Positions 23,187 to 23,756 of a stretch of 23,756 bases of DNA are shown piece by piece (the first letter of the stretch is position 1; each line of letters starts with the position of its first letter). Source of the stretch: a bacterium (GTDB taxonomy: Bacteria > Hydrothermota > Tepidihabitantia > Tepidihabitantales > Tepidihabitantaceae); assembly GCA_046485285.1 (NCBI GenBank), contig JAWOHE010000019.1:1-23756 (forward strand), in the 5' to 3' direction. Below the pieces are notes generated by a model. That model did no database searches. It worked only from the letters and a program-made list of their open reading frames with translations, and had not been told where the DNA came from. The position numbers were made by a program, and so were the translations under genes.

Positions 23187-23756
23187 TTGCGAGCCAGGCC
23201 GGGAAGCTACCCGTGAGACCGATGTGCCGAGTGGCCGGCGTTTCCCGGAGCGGGTACTATGCCGCGAGGCGGCGTCCGGAGAGTCTGCGTGCAATGGCGA
23301 GCCGCCGTCTGGTGGCACAGATCGAAGAGATCCACGGGGAGAAGCACAAGGACAGCTACGGCAGTCGGCGGATGCACGTCGAGCTCGTGGCGCGCGGGTT
23401 TGGGTGCGGTCGGCACCGGGTCGAGCGACTGATGCGTCGGCACGGAATCCGGGCTGCGCGCCGCCCGCCGGCGGTACGCCGGCACGAAGACGACGTCCCC
23501 GAACAGGCGGCATTGGTTCCTGACCGGCTGTGCCGCGACTTCGCGGTGGCGGAGCCGAACCGGGTCTGGCTGGGCGACATCACGCAGTTTGCGACCGGCG
23601 AGGGCGTCTTGTACCTGGCGTTCCTGCTCGACCTGTGCTCGCGGATGATTGTCGGCTGGGCGGGCGGGGCGACCAAGGATCGCCGGCTGACAATCGGGGT
23701 GCTCGAGATGGCCCTTGGCTGGCGGCAGCCGCCGGAGGAACTGGTCCATCACACTG
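23183..23756 (+). CDS. IS3-family transposase OrfB (DDE; partial)
   Basis: Manual translation: V..MCRVAGVSRSGYY...YGSRRM...RVERLMR..GI...PNRVWLGDIT...EG.LYLA..LDL.SR.IVGW...LVHHT. GTGA overlap with orfA. Confidence 0.93.
   Translation, partial: MIASQAGKLPVRPMCRVAGVSRSGYYAARRRPESLRAMASRRLVAQIEEIHGEKHKDSYGSRRMHVELVARGFGCGRHRVERLMRRHGIRAARRPPAVRRHEDDVPEQAALVPDRLCRDFAVAEPNRVWLGDITQFATGEGVLYLAFLLDLCSRMIVGWAGGATKDRRLTIGVLEMALGWRQPPEELVHHT

Larger units (their letters stand above)
22805..23756 (+). mobile_element. IS3-family insertion sequence (left part)
   Basis: IRL TGGAATGCCCCCGGTATGGTGGACACC; orfA with orfB in the -1 frame. Confidence 0.92.

Overview
High-GC bacterial chromosomal window with an IS element at each end. 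The C-terminal motif shared by its secreted proteins suggests candidate division WOR-3; this is inferred from memory, not from a search. Left end: the 5' part of an IS481-family element, an orphan C-terminal sorting-domain fragment, a catalytically degenerate M23 lipoprotein and the tmRNA gene (tag ANNSYALAA). A long minus-strand run follows, listed in transcription order: a secreted Asp-box protein, DUF763, a 14-repeat secreted beta-propeller protein, a split RsmF-like m5C methyltransferase plus PUA partner, an ICMT-family protein, then csp-folK-deoxynucleoside kinase-panB-panC-dnaN-lipoprotein. On the plus strand are DUF1801, two sugar ABC permeases, a structured 850-bp intergenic region and a long KamA-family radical SAM enzyme. 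These are followed by a hairpin-rich spacer with a 29-aa sORF, then pdp, bactofilin and fabG on the minus strand. The window ends with a frameshifted ISNCY/IS1202-like transposase interrupted by an IS3-family element. The most promising unexplained signals are three copies of a compact T9SS-like C-terminal domain (one an orphan in frame behind the M23 UGA), an orphan sigma54-type promoter pointing into a GGA-rich non-coding tract, the stand-alone long KamA enzyme and the sORF.
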